Virus record (IMG/VR): IMGVR_UViG_3300032116_000065 | Coordinates: 1 to 64,000 of that record | Length of the DNA: 64,000 nucleotides | Strand: one strand, 5' to 3' | Origin: a virus | Shown: positions 15,731 to 25,281 of the stretch, one piece after another | How positions within the stretch are numbered: the first letter of the stretch is position 1 | Layout: every line of letters starts with the position of its first letter | Notes under the pieces: model-generated | Told to the model about the DNA's origin: nothing | Database searches by the model: none | Seen by the model: only the letters and a program-made list of their open reading frames with translations | Translations under genes and position numbers: made by a program

Positions 15731-16072
15731 TCAACCTCTTGTAATTGATGTAATTTTTTCTATTTGTTTTTTGATTACTGCTTCTCGATTTGGCCAATTG
15801 ATAATTGGCTTCTCAGGATTCTTCATCAGATTATATAGCAAAGGAAGAATTAATCCCTCTACTTCTTTGAGTTGCGCTTTGTGCTTCTCTTCCATAGCGG
15901 TAACATATGCATTCTGAAGAGATTTTTCTTGAGCATCCATTAGCGAATCAATCTTTGCTTGTAACAATAACAATTGATCGTTATTCTGCGTTACTGGCGC
16001 AGGAGCAGGTGCTGCTACTGTTTCTTCGTCTTCAAAACTGAATCCAAAATCATAATCGTTTGTTGTTGTCAT
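15731..16072 (-). CDS. hypothetical T4-like phage protein
   Basis: DFGFSF...PLLYNL.KNP....I.WPNR. Confidence 0.75.
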   Translation of the reverse strand: MTTTNDYDFGFSFEDEETVAAPAPAPVTQNNDQLLLLQAKIDSLMDAQEKSLQNAYVTAMEEKHKAQLKEVEGLILPLLYNLMKNPEKPIINWPNREAVIKKQIEKITSITRG

Positions 16073-16081
16073 TTTAACCTC

Positions 16082-16654
16082 TTACCAAACCCAGGACACG
16101 TAACTATATCTAGTGCCCTTCGTAACTGCTGTGACTGTGTGTGGATACATGAAGTTGCTTGGAAATATCATTAATTGTCCAGCCTTGAGTTCAATTTTTT
16201 CTGAATCCCAAAAAATTAGATCTCCACCCTCATAATCATCATTTAAAGATCCAAGAATCGAAAGAGTCGGAATACCCTTTCTTTCTCCATCAAACATACT
16301 GTGAATATGATCACAATGAAGTTTCATTTTTGTACCAGTATCGTATTTGTTGAAACGAACTGTTGAATATCCACCCCAGCCGTTAAACCAATCTTTGCAA
16401 TGAGCAAAATCTTTTATGATGTATTGTTCAATAGCAAACCAAATCTTTTTGTTGATTGCTATTCCATTTTCTGAGTTTGAATATGAAACTGCAAGGTCAT
16501 CATCATAACTTATGAAGCCTCCATGTTGCATATAAAAAGAATGTTTTTGCCAAGAGTTATTTTGTATTTCTTCAACAACAGTCTTACAAAAATCTAGATC
16601 TAGAAAGTTATCATAGATCTTCATATAATCTTTCACATTCATTGACATTGACAT
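16082..16654 (-). CDS. 2OG-Fe(II) oxygenase, prolyl-4-hydroxylase-like
   Basis: HCD...LNDDYEGG...FPSNF.YPH.V..V..G.RYS. Confidence 0.88.
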   Translation of the reverse strand: MSMSMNVKDYMKIYDNFLDLDFCKTVVEEIQNNSWQKHSFYMQHGGFISYDDDLAVSYSNSENGIAINKKIWFAIEQYIIKDFAHCKDWFNGWGGYSTVRFNKYDTGTKMKLHCDHIHSMFDGERKGIPTLSILGSLNDDYEGGDLIFWDSEKIELKAGQLMIFPSNFMYPHTVTAVTKGTRYSYVSWVW

Positions 16655-16658
16655 AATA

Positions 16659-17306
16659 TTACTCTCTCTTTTTTATATCATACTCATATCTATCATCGTC
16701 GGAAAGAACCCATTTTGATGTATTCTCAACAGACCACATCTGCGTACCAAGTTTTCTTTCAATAACATTTTGTCCAGGTTTCGTCACGAAAGAAGGTTCA
16801 AATGCACGAACTCGATTGTTAGGTTGAATCGCAAAGTTACCATTATCTAGTTTAATCACATGACCGCACTTATGTTGCCCTGGAACTTCACTGAATCCAA
16901 CATCAGCAATATTTCTATCTTCATGTGCCCAGTCAAGTGTGAACATATATGTTCCTTCATTCCACTTCTTGTTTCTATCAATGTACTTTATTCTCTTGTT
17001 ACAGAGAAAATCAAATTGCGTGACGCCGATATATGAACTGAATGAATCCCAAAGAACTAAATTATAGAGTTCTTCTTGCGGCGCAGGATTTTTATGACAG
17101 AATGCGTGTATCGGCATGCGGAACCAAAGCCCTTCGTCCTCCATGATGAAATGAAAAAGCGGGGCACGATGCGGTATCGACGCCACGCCGAATATAAGGA
17201 CGGGAAGATATGTGTCCTTCGCTTCATCGAACTCTGTTCTGTTCTGAAGAAAATTAGTCCGCACATAACATTCTATGGGCGGGATGTTTGCATTAATATA
17301 TGCCAT
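16659..17306 (-). CDS. hypothetical phage protein
   Basis: 215-aa ORF; HKCGHV..LDNGNFA.QPNNR. Confidence 0.8.
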   Translation of the reverse strand: MAYINANIPPIECYVRTNFLQNRTEFDEAKDTYLPVLIFGVASIPHRAPLFHFIMEDEGLWFRMPIHAFCHKNPAPQEELYNLVLWDSFSSYIGVTQFDFLCNKRIKYIDRNKKWNEGTYMFTLDWAHEDRNIADVGFSEVPGQHKCGHVIKLDNGNFAIQPNNRVRAFEPSFVTKPGQNVIERKLGTQMWSVENTSKWVLSDDDRYEYDIKKRE

Positions 17307-17321
17307 AGGTTTATATAGTCA

Positions 17322-17352
17322 AAAATAAAAAAAGGGGACCGAAGTCCCCTTT
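17322..17352 (-). terminator. intrinsic terminator
   Basis: GGGGAC-TTCG-GTCCCC followed by a T run. Confidence 0.9.
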
Positions 17353-17371
17353 CTTAGTAACTCAGTTTAAA

Positions 17372-17560
17372 TTACTGAGCAACTGGTGCTGCGTCTACAA
17401 CTTCAGCGGCTGGTGCTTCAACAACAGCAGCATCGGCTGGAGCGGCTTCTTCGGCAGGAGCAGCAACTTCGGCTGCTGGAGCCTCAACTGCAACTTCTTC
17501 CTTTGCGCCACAACCAACGAGACCAAGAGCAACTAAACCAACAAGAATTGACTTTGTCAT
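17372..17560 (-). CDS. small Ala/Pro/Glu-rich lipoprotein
   Basis: Lipobox LVGC after a hydrophobic stretch; AGGAG SD. Confidence 0.75.
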   Translation of the reverse strand: MTKSILVGLVALGLVGCGAKEEVAVEAPAAEVAAPAEEAAPADAAVVEAPAAEVVDAAPVAQ

Positions 17561-17578
17561 ATTTTTCTCCTTTCTATT

Positions 17579-19465
17579 TTAAATCTCGCATGCACCAGCG
17601 GTACACGCAAGTTCCTTTGCTGAAGTTGTAGTATCTGTTTCTTCCATAAACTCCACCCAGTTGATGTCAACGTTTTGGAGCGCAAGAAGTTCAGTGTACT
17701 TCGCTTCATCAATTTCTTCATAAGGTGCTTGACGATAAGAACCATTGTCTCGTGGCAAGAATGAAACTCCAGAGAGAATTGAGATATTCTTATAGACCCA
17801 TGCACCAACTTCCATCCATTCATCATCACCAACGTATACAGTGATTGATGGCTTGTGTTCACACCAGTGATCCTGGTAGATTTTCCAAAGTTCCAACTGC
17901 TCAATGGCAGTCATGTCATTGCGAGTGACGGAGTTCTTTGGAGCCTTCATTGGGAAACTGAATACCCAGTTTGACTTGCTGTAGAAATCTTCTTCAGCTT
18001 TGTATCCCTTGTCAATCATAAACTGAGCAAGCGGATCCTTCATGTCTGCTCTTACACGGCGAATGTAAAACTGAGCATAACGTGGGTGAATGCCTGATGC
18101 GGAATCCACCAATTGAGAAACAGTGCCTGAAGGTTTAACGCAAGTGATTGCAGCCGACTGTGGAACACCAAGAGCCTCGGCGAGTTCTTTATTCGTTTCA
18201 ACACACTGTAAGCGAATTTCATCAAGAGCATCTGCCAGTTTTTGAGACGGCTTATTTAGAAGTTTGTGATCGCAAATACCAGTCAATGAAACACCAAGTA
18301 GTCTTTCCTCATCACAATTATTCTTCCATTTCTTATTAATGTAACGGAAGTCTGTTAACGTTGACTGCAATGTACCAATGATTGTTGCAAGACGAGCCTT
18401 ACGCTTCAATGACTCAACGTCATCGTTTGCACGGACGACAATCTCTGAAAGATTACAGAACTCAAATGGACGCAAGATAATTTCAGAGCAAGGATTTGTA
18501 CCGAACTCATGCTTTGGATCGCGGCGACCATTCTTCATTGCAACTGCTTGTGAAGCAGCGCGAGAGAAAATGCCACGCTCACCAGACTTGGACATATAGA
18601 GAGCATGCCATTCATTCATGAATGTGTCCATGTCTACTTGTTTGTCATACACCGCTGAAATGTTTGCCAATGCGCGCTGCCCATTGTGCGCCCACCAGTC
18701 ACCTGACTTTGCATGACGCAATTGGTCGTCGTTGAGGTCGGTAAGAGAAATGAGAGCAGAACGGCGAACACCACCGCAAACAACAATATCAGCAATCTTG
18801 CAAACAATGTCATGACACTCCAACGTTGATAGTTTCCTACCACGTGCCTTTTGGAAAATATTTAATGTGAACTTGATGAGATCTACAAGTGGCTCTGGAC
18901 CAGATGCGCGACCACCAAATGTCTTGAGTCGCTCACCTGCTGGACGCACCTTTGATACATCCCACTTTGCAATCTTTCCAGAATACAAAAGCGAAATGAT
19001 CTCACGATATGCTGAAGCCCAACCAATTTTACTATCAGCAACGACAACAGTCGTATCTGTTTCGTGTAGTTCTTCTGGAACTTCTGGAAGTTTGTTTGTA
19101 TACTTTGATTCAACAGAAAATCCAACACCTGTTCCGCACATAAGAATATACATGATCTCGTCGAATGCTTTGACATTATCAATGGCGACATAGGAGCAAT
19201 TATATCCAGCCACTTGATCCTTTTCTAGAGCAGGACCAGCAGTCATCAAGCAACGCATTGATGGCATGACTTCCAAATTTAAAATTGCTGAACGCAACTC
19301 ATCCCATGGAACTAATTTGTTTTCGTTTGTGCGATTCTTAAAAAAATTGATATAACGATCTACAGTCTCATCCCATGTTTCGCGGCGACCAAGTTCGTCA
19401 TTGAAACGAGCATAACGTGAAATGTGAATGAAATCTTGATAAATGGACGGAAGTCTTGTCGCCAT
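17579..19465 (-). CDS. nrdJ: class II adenosylcobalamin-dependent ribonucleotide reductase
   Basis: YNCSY, GTGVGFSV, GGVRRSA, GTNPCSEI, TCVKPSGT, C-terminal CTAGAC; no small subunit adjacent. Confidence 0.9.
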   Translation of the reverse strand: MATRLPSIYQDFIHISRYARFNDELGRRETWDETVDRYINFFKNRTNENKLVPWDELRSAILNLEVMPSMRCLMTAGPALEKDQVAGYNCSYVAIDNVKAFDEIMYILMCGTGVGFSVESKYTNKLPEVPEELHETDTTVVVADSKIGWASAYREIISLLYSGKIAKWDVSKVRPAGERLKTFGGRASGPEPLVDLIKFTLNIFQKARGRKLSTLECHDIVCKIADIVVCGGVRRSALISLTDLNDDQLRHAKSGDWWAHNGQRALANISAVYDKQVDMDTFMNEWHALYMSKSGERGIFSRAASQAVAMKNGRRDPKHEFGTNPCSEIILRPFEFCNLSEIVVRANDDVESLKRKARLATIIGTLQSTLTDFRYINKKWKNNCDEERLLGVSLTGICDHKLLNKPSQKLADALDEIRLQCVETNKELAEALGVPQSAAITCVKPSGTVSQLVDSASGIHPRYAQFYIRRVRADMKDPLAQFMIDKGYKAEEDFYSKSNWVFSFPMKAPKNSVTRNDMTAIEQLELWKIYQDHWCEHKPSITVYVGDDEWMEVGAWVYKNISILSGVSFLPRDNGSYRQAPYEEIDEAKYTELLALQNVDINWVEFMEETDTTTSAKELACTAGACEI

Positions 19466-19478
19466 TATGTGCTCCTTA

Positions 19479-20141
19479 TTATTCTGTTGCGATAAATTGT
19501 GTTGAAAGAGGGAATACCTCAGCGATAACCTTTGCGCACTCTTTGGCTATTTCCATATGCTCTTTCTGAGTGCCGTTGCCGCTTCGGAGTTGTATATAGT
19601 GAATCCATGAACGCAAGGATCCGCTCATATACATTCTGGACATAATTAATCCTTCTGGGAGCAATGCGCGTGCTTGTTCCTTTGCAATACCATTCGCAAT
19701 TGCCCAGTTATAATGAATCTTGACTTGTTCAATCAAGTCTTGTTGACGTTTATCCCATTCGTATTGAAGCATAACATCAACGCCTTCAGAGATAGAGTTT
19801 TGACGATTCTTCGGATCCTGAAGTCTTGCTTCACGTGTTACAAATTCTAGATCCTTGGTTGGATCAGCATAACGTTGTGAAAATTCTTGAAAAGAAAAAC
19901 TACGATGACGTAGAATTTGGCGTGCAATGTCACGTGTTGTTTCAATTTCTAAACACATGGTTGCCATTTCTAATGGTGACCAATGCTGATGCTTGACCAA
20001 ATACTTGATCAACTTTTCTGATGTTTCAGAATTAATTTGATTAGAGGGATTGGACACTCTTGCGCAGAAAGCCACAAGGTCCGTTGGTGTGTCCAATCCC
20101 TCGAGAACTGGTTTACTGTATGATACTAATTTAACGTTCAT
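19479..20141 (-). CDS. thyX: flavin-dependent thymidylate synthase
   Basis: HWSPLE, QILRHRSFSFQEFSQRY, QKEH. Confidence 0.95.
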   Translation of the reverse strand: MNVKLVSYSKPVLEGLDTPTDLVAFCARVSNPSNQINSETSEKLIKYLVKHQHWSPLEMATMCLEIETTRDIARQILRHRSFSFQEFSQRYADPTKDLEFVTREARLQDPKNRQNSISEGVDVMLQYEWDKRQQDLIEQVKIHYNWAIANGIAKEQARALLPEGLIMSRMYMSGSLRSWIHYIQLRSGNGTQKEHMEIAKECAKVIAEVFPLSTQFIATE

Positions 20142-20392
20142 TCATTTGCCTCAAATACTAAAGTCTTATGACGAATTTCTTTCACACCGCCTTGTGCTGC
20201 TAATTCTTGTCCGCGCACAAACGCATCTTTATATTCTGGGTGCTTGCTATCATCAAACCACCACCACTTATCAAAGAAATATTTTGGTGCACGCTGATAT
20301 TCAACATACCAAAGTCCACTGTGAAATTGCACGCGAACTCTTTTGATTGGATGTTTGACAATTTCTAAACCTGCGTCATCTAGTGTAACCAT
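20138..20392 (-). CDS. hypothetical protein
   Basis: Coupled ORF. Confidence 0.65.
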   Translation of the reverse strand: MVTLDDAGLEIVKHPIKRVRVQFHSGLWYVEYQRAPKYFFDKWWWFDDSKHPEYKDAFVRGQELAAQGGVKEIRHKTLVFEANE

Positions 20393-20393
20393 A

Positions 20394-21473
20394 CTAGCAC
20401 CTTTTCCAATGCGTAAACTTCAGTTTTGCTGTCAAGCCACTGAATGTGTTAGAATCTATAATATCTTTTATTTCACTCAAAGTCAAACCATTTTGTATCA
20501 TTTCATTAATATCTTTTCCCTTTGTATGCTCAGGGAAAAGACAAACTGTATGACCAGAATCTATAGACTTCTCAATTTGTTTTACAATATCACGATTGCG
20601 TGGTTCATTATCATAAACAAGAGTTACATCTAACTCTGGAAAAATTGCTGCCACGCCGCCCAAATTAGAATCGCCAGAGGCAACGCAATTCGGGAGAAAA
20701 TATGAATCAAACTGCCCTTCAACGACGTAGATTCTAGTTTCTTTCCGTACACGGTGCAGTCCAAACACTTTCTTCTCATCTGACACCTTTACAGTGACGT
20801 ATCGAATCTTGGTATCAGACAATGCCCTTCCTGCGACGTTGGTAATCTCTCCTTTTTCGTTAGTGTAAAGGAGAACTACACGATCGTCGTTTGGGACCTC
20901 GTCTTTGCCATGATTGGGGAACTCTTTATCTAGGAATTCTCTGAACTGAGGGACGAATAGAATTTCATCCCAGAACTGCTCAGGAATCTTCCTGTTTTTT
21001 ATATAGGCTCGAGCATAGTGCTCTTCAGGAAGATTGTTTATACTATAATGTGCAAACGCTCTTGTTGTTCTCTCCAGGCTTTCAACTGGCGCTGAATCTC
21101 TTCTGGGCTCGAGGAGAGTAGACTGGAGTCTGGCGTAGGCGTTCCCCTTGAGTTGTTCGAAATCAGGCTTCTTGACGTTAGAGCCGTATCCTGTTTGACC
21201 AGTTGCATATCGTTCGAGGATATACTGCTTATAGGTTGTACCATCGACGTGCTCCAGAAACTTCGCAAACGTCGTAGACTTGCCGCAATTGTGGCAGATG
21301 AAGAAGTAGTCGTTTGACTTGCGATAAACATAGCCTCTCGCCTTCAACTTGTTCTTTTGCGAATCACCACAATATGGGCATCGAAAATTGTAGAGATCAG
21401 TATTCTTTTGCTTATACTGCTCTAACTTTGATGATACAAAACCAAGAAATTTTCTATCAATATAAATTGACAT
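20394..21473 (-). CDS. 61: T4 gp61-like DNA primase
   Basis: NFRCPYCGDS...CHNCG zinc finger, VVEG.FDS, YDNEPRN, KDINEM TOPRIM motifs. Confidence 0.93.
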   Translation of the reverse strand: MSIYIDRKFLGFVSSKLEQYKQKNTDLYNFRCPYCGDSQKNKLKARGYVYRKSNDYFFICHNCGKSTTFAKFLEHVDGTTYKQYILERYATGQTGYGSNVKKPDFEQLKGNAYARLQSTLLEPRRDSAPVESLERTTRAFAHYSINNLPEEHYARAYIKNRKIPEQFWDEILFVPQFREFLDKEFPNHGKDEVPNDDRVVLLYTNEKGEITNVAGRALSDTKIRYVTVKVSDEKKVFGLHRVRKETRIYVVEGQFDSYFLPNCVASGDSNLGGVAAIFPELDVTLVYDNEPRNRDIVKQIEKSIDSGHTVCLFPEHTKGKDINEMIQNGLTLSEIKDIIDSNTFSGLTAKLKFTHWKRC

Positions 21474-21511
21474 AATGTAAAATCATTCACCAACGGATCA
21501 ATCATTATATA

Positions 21512-21856
21512 CTATTTGATCTCGAAAGGCAACCCCACTCGAGATAAAATCCAACCAACAACAGCAGCGCCACCAATTACAATCCAGCGCCACTTGTTTA
21601 GGTCTTCGATCTTTTGTTTTTCAACTTCGTGTTGTGCAGCCATCTCTTGACGAAGTGATTTGATTTCATCCATGATGGAAACTTCAATCTCTTCAATCTT
21701 CTTATGAACTTCACGGAGTTCGTCGTTATGCTGCTTCTCAAGTTTATCAAGAGTTCTATCGAACTTCTCGTAGATTACAGAGAAGAAGGAAATCTTCTCT
21801 CTCATTGCAGCGACCTCAGTCTCTATTTTACTGAGTTTGCTCTCAAAGTCAACCAT
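21512..21856 (-). CDS. coiled-coil protein with C-terminal TM helix
   Basis: Heptad pattern followed by KWRWIVIGGAAVVGWIL. Confidence 0.75.
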   Translation of the reverse strand: MVDFESKLSKIETEVAAMREKISFFSVIYEKFDRTLDKLEKQHNDELREVHKKIEEIEVSIMDEIKSLRQEMAAQHEVEKQKIEDLNKWRWIVIGGAAVVGWILSRVGLPFEIK

Positions 21857-21857
21857 T

Positions 21858-22016
21858 TTACTTTACCGCCTTGCTTTTTGTTTTTATTCCTGCTCGACGC
21901 AATGTTCTTGCACGGCAGTGGGCTTTTTGAGAGAATCCTTTTGGGTTGGAGCAATTTATTGTTTTTTTATACTTATTGCTCCAACTCTCAGAGAGAAATT
22001 CCTTGAAAGTGTACAT
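21858..22016 (-). CDS. 52-aa basic protein with T4-type capsid-targeting leader (putative internal head protein; not in ORF track)
   Basis: MYTFKEFLSE-SWSNKYKKTINCSNPKGFSQKAHC...; TAATG coupling. Confidence 0.7.
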   Translation of the reverse strand: MYTFKEFLSESWSNKYKKTINCSNPKGFSQKAHCRARTLRRAGIKTKSKAVK

Positions 22017-22303
22017 TATTTATTATTTTCACTCTTTTCCTGTATTACAGCAAGTTCACGATCGGATAATCTATCCCAAATACTTGGTGTTTCTTCGTAT
22101 TTCTTTTCAACAATTCCATACATATGCTTTAGCATATATGCTCGAGTTGCATCATCACCAAGTCTTTCTTTGCACAATTCATCACTGGCTTTTGTTTTCC
22201 ATACATTTGGAAACAGACCATGCACTAAAAGAATGAAAGCGATTCGCCATGCACGATAGAGATGTTTAAAATACCCATAACCAACTTCGTTAAGGTGTGA
22301 CAT
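22016..22303 (-). CDS. hypothetical protein (DUF6356-like)
   Basis: HL..VG.GYF.HL..A...LVHGLFP pattern. Confidence 0.6.
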   Translation of the reverse strand: MSHLNEVGYGYFKHLYRAWRIAFILLVHGLFPNVWKTKASDELCKERLGDDATRAYMLKHMYGIVEKKYEETPSIWDRLSDRELAVIQEKSENNK

Positions 22304-22514
22304 CTTTTGCTGCCTCTGCCTTTTGTTTTTCTTGTTCTTCGAGAATCTTTTTAACTTCTTCAGGACTTGGCTTTTGTATAAGTTTTAACTCTTTTGGTGG
22401 AGTCATTAAGATTGGATCAACTTCCAACTTCTCAAGTTTAGGAAGTAATCGTGTTAATGGACTACCACAGCCAGCTAAAAACAAAGATAATAAAATCACC
22501 AGAAGGTATTTCAT
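22290..22514 (-). CDS. o-spanin-like lipoprotein (start MKYLL)
   Basis: Lipobox LAGC, Pro-rich, directly after the i-spanin-like gene. Confidence 0.7.
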   Translation of the reverse strand: MKYLLVILLSLFLAGCGSPLTRLLPKLEKLEVDPILMTPPKELKLIQKPSPEEVKKILEEQEKQKAEAAKDVTP

Positions 22515-22516
22515 AT

Positions 22517-23068
22517 TCAACCCTCCTTCTTTTTCCATGGCAGGTCAGGCAGTTTGATGTCAATGCCTCTCTTGGCATTTTCATCATCGATCTTTTTATT
22601 CACTTCAATAATATACTTTTGCAAAGAAGAAAGTTGCTGAGCATTTTGCAAACAAATTGAATAGTTTTCTGCAATTGTTTGTAATGCTTGATTATCTCTA
22701 ACAAAAGAACTTGAAGGATCTGCAGCAAGATTCATATCAAGTTCAAGTTTAGGAGAAGCGGAAGCATTATGCGTATGAACCCAGCCATTCGATAAATCGT
22801 ATTGACCAGGAACTGCATTTGCTGCAGCCTCTACAATCTTGGTTTCTTTTTCTTTAATCTTTGTGACACGATCAACGAACTCAACCTTTACAACCTCGCG
22901 AATCATCGCTTGCTCTTTCTTTAAGGCAATTGACAATTCTTCGGCTTCGTTTGCTGCGCGTTGAATCTCGACCTCACCTTGCGCGATACCTTTTTTATAA
23001 CCAGCGCCAAAAGCACCGCCAACTAAAAGAACCACCGCAAGGATCTTATATGGTAATGGTATAAGCAT
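22517..23068 (-). CDS. i-spanin (Rz-like)
   Basis: N-terminal TM, coiled coil, ENY..C..NA.QL..LQ. Confidence 0.7.
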   Translation of the reverse strand: MLIPLPYKILAVVLLVGGAFGAGYKKGIAQGEVEIQRAANEAEELSIALKKEQAMIREVVKVEFVDRVTKIKEKETKIVEAAANAVPGQYDLSNGWVHTHNASASPKLELDMNLAADPSSSFVRDNQALQTIAENYSICLQNAQQLSSLQKYIIEVNKKIDDENAKRGIDIKLPDLPWKKKEG

Positions 23069-23071
23069 AAA

Positions 23072-23239
23072 TTAATCTCTTGGCCAAATATTACTCTCGA
23101 CCTGATCGTTGAGCCACATGCTTGCGCCTAACAATTTGGAGTATGTCCAATATGTGGCATTAGAAAGCCATAAGAATAATGCAGCCAACCACTTGAACAA
23201 GTAGATGAATGGAATTGCGAATGGCTCTAATATAAACAT
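23072..23239 (-). CDS. small hydrophobic protein (55 aa, not in ORF track)
   Basis: TAATG-coupled, fills the gap. Confidence 0.5.
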   Translation of the reverse strand: MFILEPFAIPFIYLFKWLAALFLWLSNATYWTYSKLLGASMWLNDQVESNIWPRD

Positions 23240-23661
23240 TATTCGCACCAACTCTGTTTCTTTTCACCAAAGTATGCACGAGCATGACCATTCTTGATTA
23301 GAAGTTCAGAAAGTTTCTGACCATCAAGAATCACGTCACCAAGCACACGACCACCAAACTTATCATGCTCTTTCAATTCAATCTGAATCTTCTTAGCATT
23401 CGCAACTGCGTTCTTTGTAAACGCACTTGCCTTTTCGGCAGCAGCAGCTTCAGCAGGACATGCTGCTCTCGCACCCTTTTCTGGCGTATCAACACCCAAG
23501 ACACGCAAACTTAATTGCGGTTTCAATGGTGCTGGCATGAATGGTGCTTCGAACACCACTGTGTCGCCATCAGCGACCTTGAGAATCTTCCAGTCGTAGG
23601 GATTGGCTACAGCAACAGAGGATAAAGATATAGCAGCAATAAATGCTGCTATTCTTTTCAT
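23239..23661 (-). CDS. staphylococcal-nuclease (thermonuclease) family protein with signal peptide
   Basis: DGDT, RVLGVDTPE, DKFGGRVL; leader MKRIAAFIAAISLSSVAVA. Confidence 0.9.
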   Translation of the reverse strand: MKRIAAFIAAISLSSVAVANPYDWKILKVADGDTVVFEAPFMPAPLKPQLSLRVLGVDTPEKGARAACPAEAAAAEKASAFTKNAVANAKKIQIELKEHDKFGGRVLGDVILDGQKLSELLIKNGHARAYFGEKKQSWCE

Positions 23662-23888
23662 GCCTTTGGCGCCTTTGGCTTACGAGCCTTCTTGACTTTT
23701 TCGACAGCAACATCTGCTGCCTTTACTGCTTCTGCCTTTGCTTCAACAGCAACTTCTTTAGCAGCATGTAGAACATCTTTAGCGTCTACAACACCGTCAT
23801 TGTTTGCATCTGGCTTTTTCCATAATTTCCAGGCAACCCAACCAGCAACAACTACTAATACTAATACAACTAATGTACCCATGATCAT
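23658..23888 (-). CDS. small membrane protein with EF-hand-like loop
   Basis: N-terminal TM, DANNDGVVD, Ala/Lys-rich tail. Confidence 0.7.
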   Translation of the reverse strand: MIMGTLVVLVLVVVAGWVAWKLWKKPDANNDGVVDAKDVLHAAKEVAVEAKAEAVKAADVAVEKVKKARKPKAPKA

Positions 23889-23894
23889 CTCCTA

Positions 23895-24119
23895 TTATTT
23901 TTTAGCGAATTTCTCCGCAACAGTAGTACCAAGTCCAGCCACAACAATCATCATCATAGAATCATACATAAATTGCTCTACTGTAAAACTCCAGAACAAG
24001 TTAAGTACGAAAGCCAACGCAACTAAAAAAGTTGCTAAAAATGTAATTACACGCTTTGAAGAAACAGAGCCATTGACTCCATCTGAAAGCATTGACTTTA
24101 AATTTTCTAATAGATTCAT
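23895..24119 (-). CDS. two-TM holin-like protein
   Basis: SSKR before TM1, second TM, basic C-terminus. Confidence 0.6.
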   Translation of the reverse strand: MNLLENLKSMLSDGVNGSVSSKRVITFLATFLVALAFVLNLFWSFTVEQFMYDSMMMIVVAGLGTTVAEKFAKK

Positions 24120-24274
24120 TTTCGTCTCCCCAATACCCTATTTGCTTGTTTTACAAAATTCATATACTTGACTGCAACATGATAGTCATAAGTCAGTATT
24201 AGAATCCGATTGCGAAAACTCACAATATATCGCTTTTCTGCATTGCGGAGACATAATGTTTCCATTATCGTTTC

Positions 24275-24814
24275 TTATTTAGCCAATGGATTTTCCCATG
24301 CTTTTTGAATCTTCTCGTCGACTTTCTTCTCTAATTCCTTTAATTTAGCGTCTGTTTCGCGCTCGATCGCTCTCAATCGCGCCGACATATCGCGATCTGT
24401 GACGCCGACGAATCCACGGACTTCCTTATCTAACTCGCGATTACGTCTTTCGGCGGCATCGACATCGGCTTGAAGGCTATCGATATCACCTTTTAGATCT
24501 GAACGAACGTCGCGGATAATATCACCACTTTCATCGACCATGACAACTGCATTATCAACACGCTCTTCCATCTTGGTGATGCGCTCTTGGATTGCGGATA
24601 AGTCTGGAGCAACATACTCTTGAATCTGTTGCTTCATGTCCATGTAATCTTTATAGAACTCAAAGGCTCCATAAAGACCACCCAATACAGTAGATACAAT
24701 ACCGCCAGCGATCATTAACTTTGCTGGGGTAAAACTGTACCCACCAATGCTGATGACCGTATTTGGGTCAACTGCTGCTTCTAGTTTATCTACCTTCTCG
24801 TCTAAATCGCTCAT
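24275..24814 (-). CDS. membrane-anchored coiled-coil protein
   Basis: One TM followed by long heptads; ends NPLAK. Confidence 0.8.
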   Translation of the reverse strand: MSDLDEKVDKLEAAVDPNTVISIGGYSFTPAKLMIAGGIVSTVLGGLYGAFEFYKDYMDMKQQIQEYVAPDLSAIQERITKMEERVDNAVVMVDESGDIIRDVRSDLKGDIDSLQADVDAAERRNRELDKEVRGFVGVTDRDMSARLRAIERETDAKLKELEKKVDEKIQKAWENPLAK

Positions 24815-24837
24815 TTGTATTGCTCCTTGTCTATACT

Positions 24838-25281
24838 TTATCTAGTTATAATATAAGCAAATCCAAAAATTATGCCAACAAGCATAAAAAATAAAATTCC
24901 TACACAAACCATTAATGTAATTTCTTCTTGCCTGTGCGCGGCTTCAATTTCAGCGCGACGCCTTGCTTGCGCTGCTGCTAATTCCATCTGCGCATGCATT
25001 TTTTGAAACTTTACCCAATCATCCCATAATCCAGGTCGCCCAGCAATCAACATATAGTCTTTAAGTTCTCTTTCCTTTCTTCGCACTTCTTCTAATGCAA
25101 AAAATTCTTCTAGTCGGCTGCGCTCATTTGCAGGTGTTTCAATAACTTTCTTTTCTAACTTTCGTTTACCTTCAAAGAAACTTCCTAATTGACCTGCACA
25201 CTCACCTAATTCTCTGCCGTTAGAGACAACCTCCTTGATAACAGCATATGCAGCATTGATTGCTGCCAGTTCTGCTAACAT
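24838..25281 (-). CDS. helical protein with C-terminal TM
   Basis: TAATG-coupled ORF. Confidence 0.75.
   Translation of the reverse strand: MLAELAAINAAYAVIKEVVSNGRELGECAGQLGSFFEGKRKLEKKVIETPANERSRLEEFFALEEVRRKERELKDYMLIAGRPGLWDDWVKFQKMHAQMELAAAQARRRAEIEAAHRQEEITLMVCVGILFFMLVGIIFGFAYIITR

Noticed and set aside
17579-21473. Introns, inteins or homing endonucleases in nrdJ, thyX or primase
   Set aside because: The ORFs are continuous and of normal length, with no HNH, GIY-YIG or LAGLIDADG motif seen
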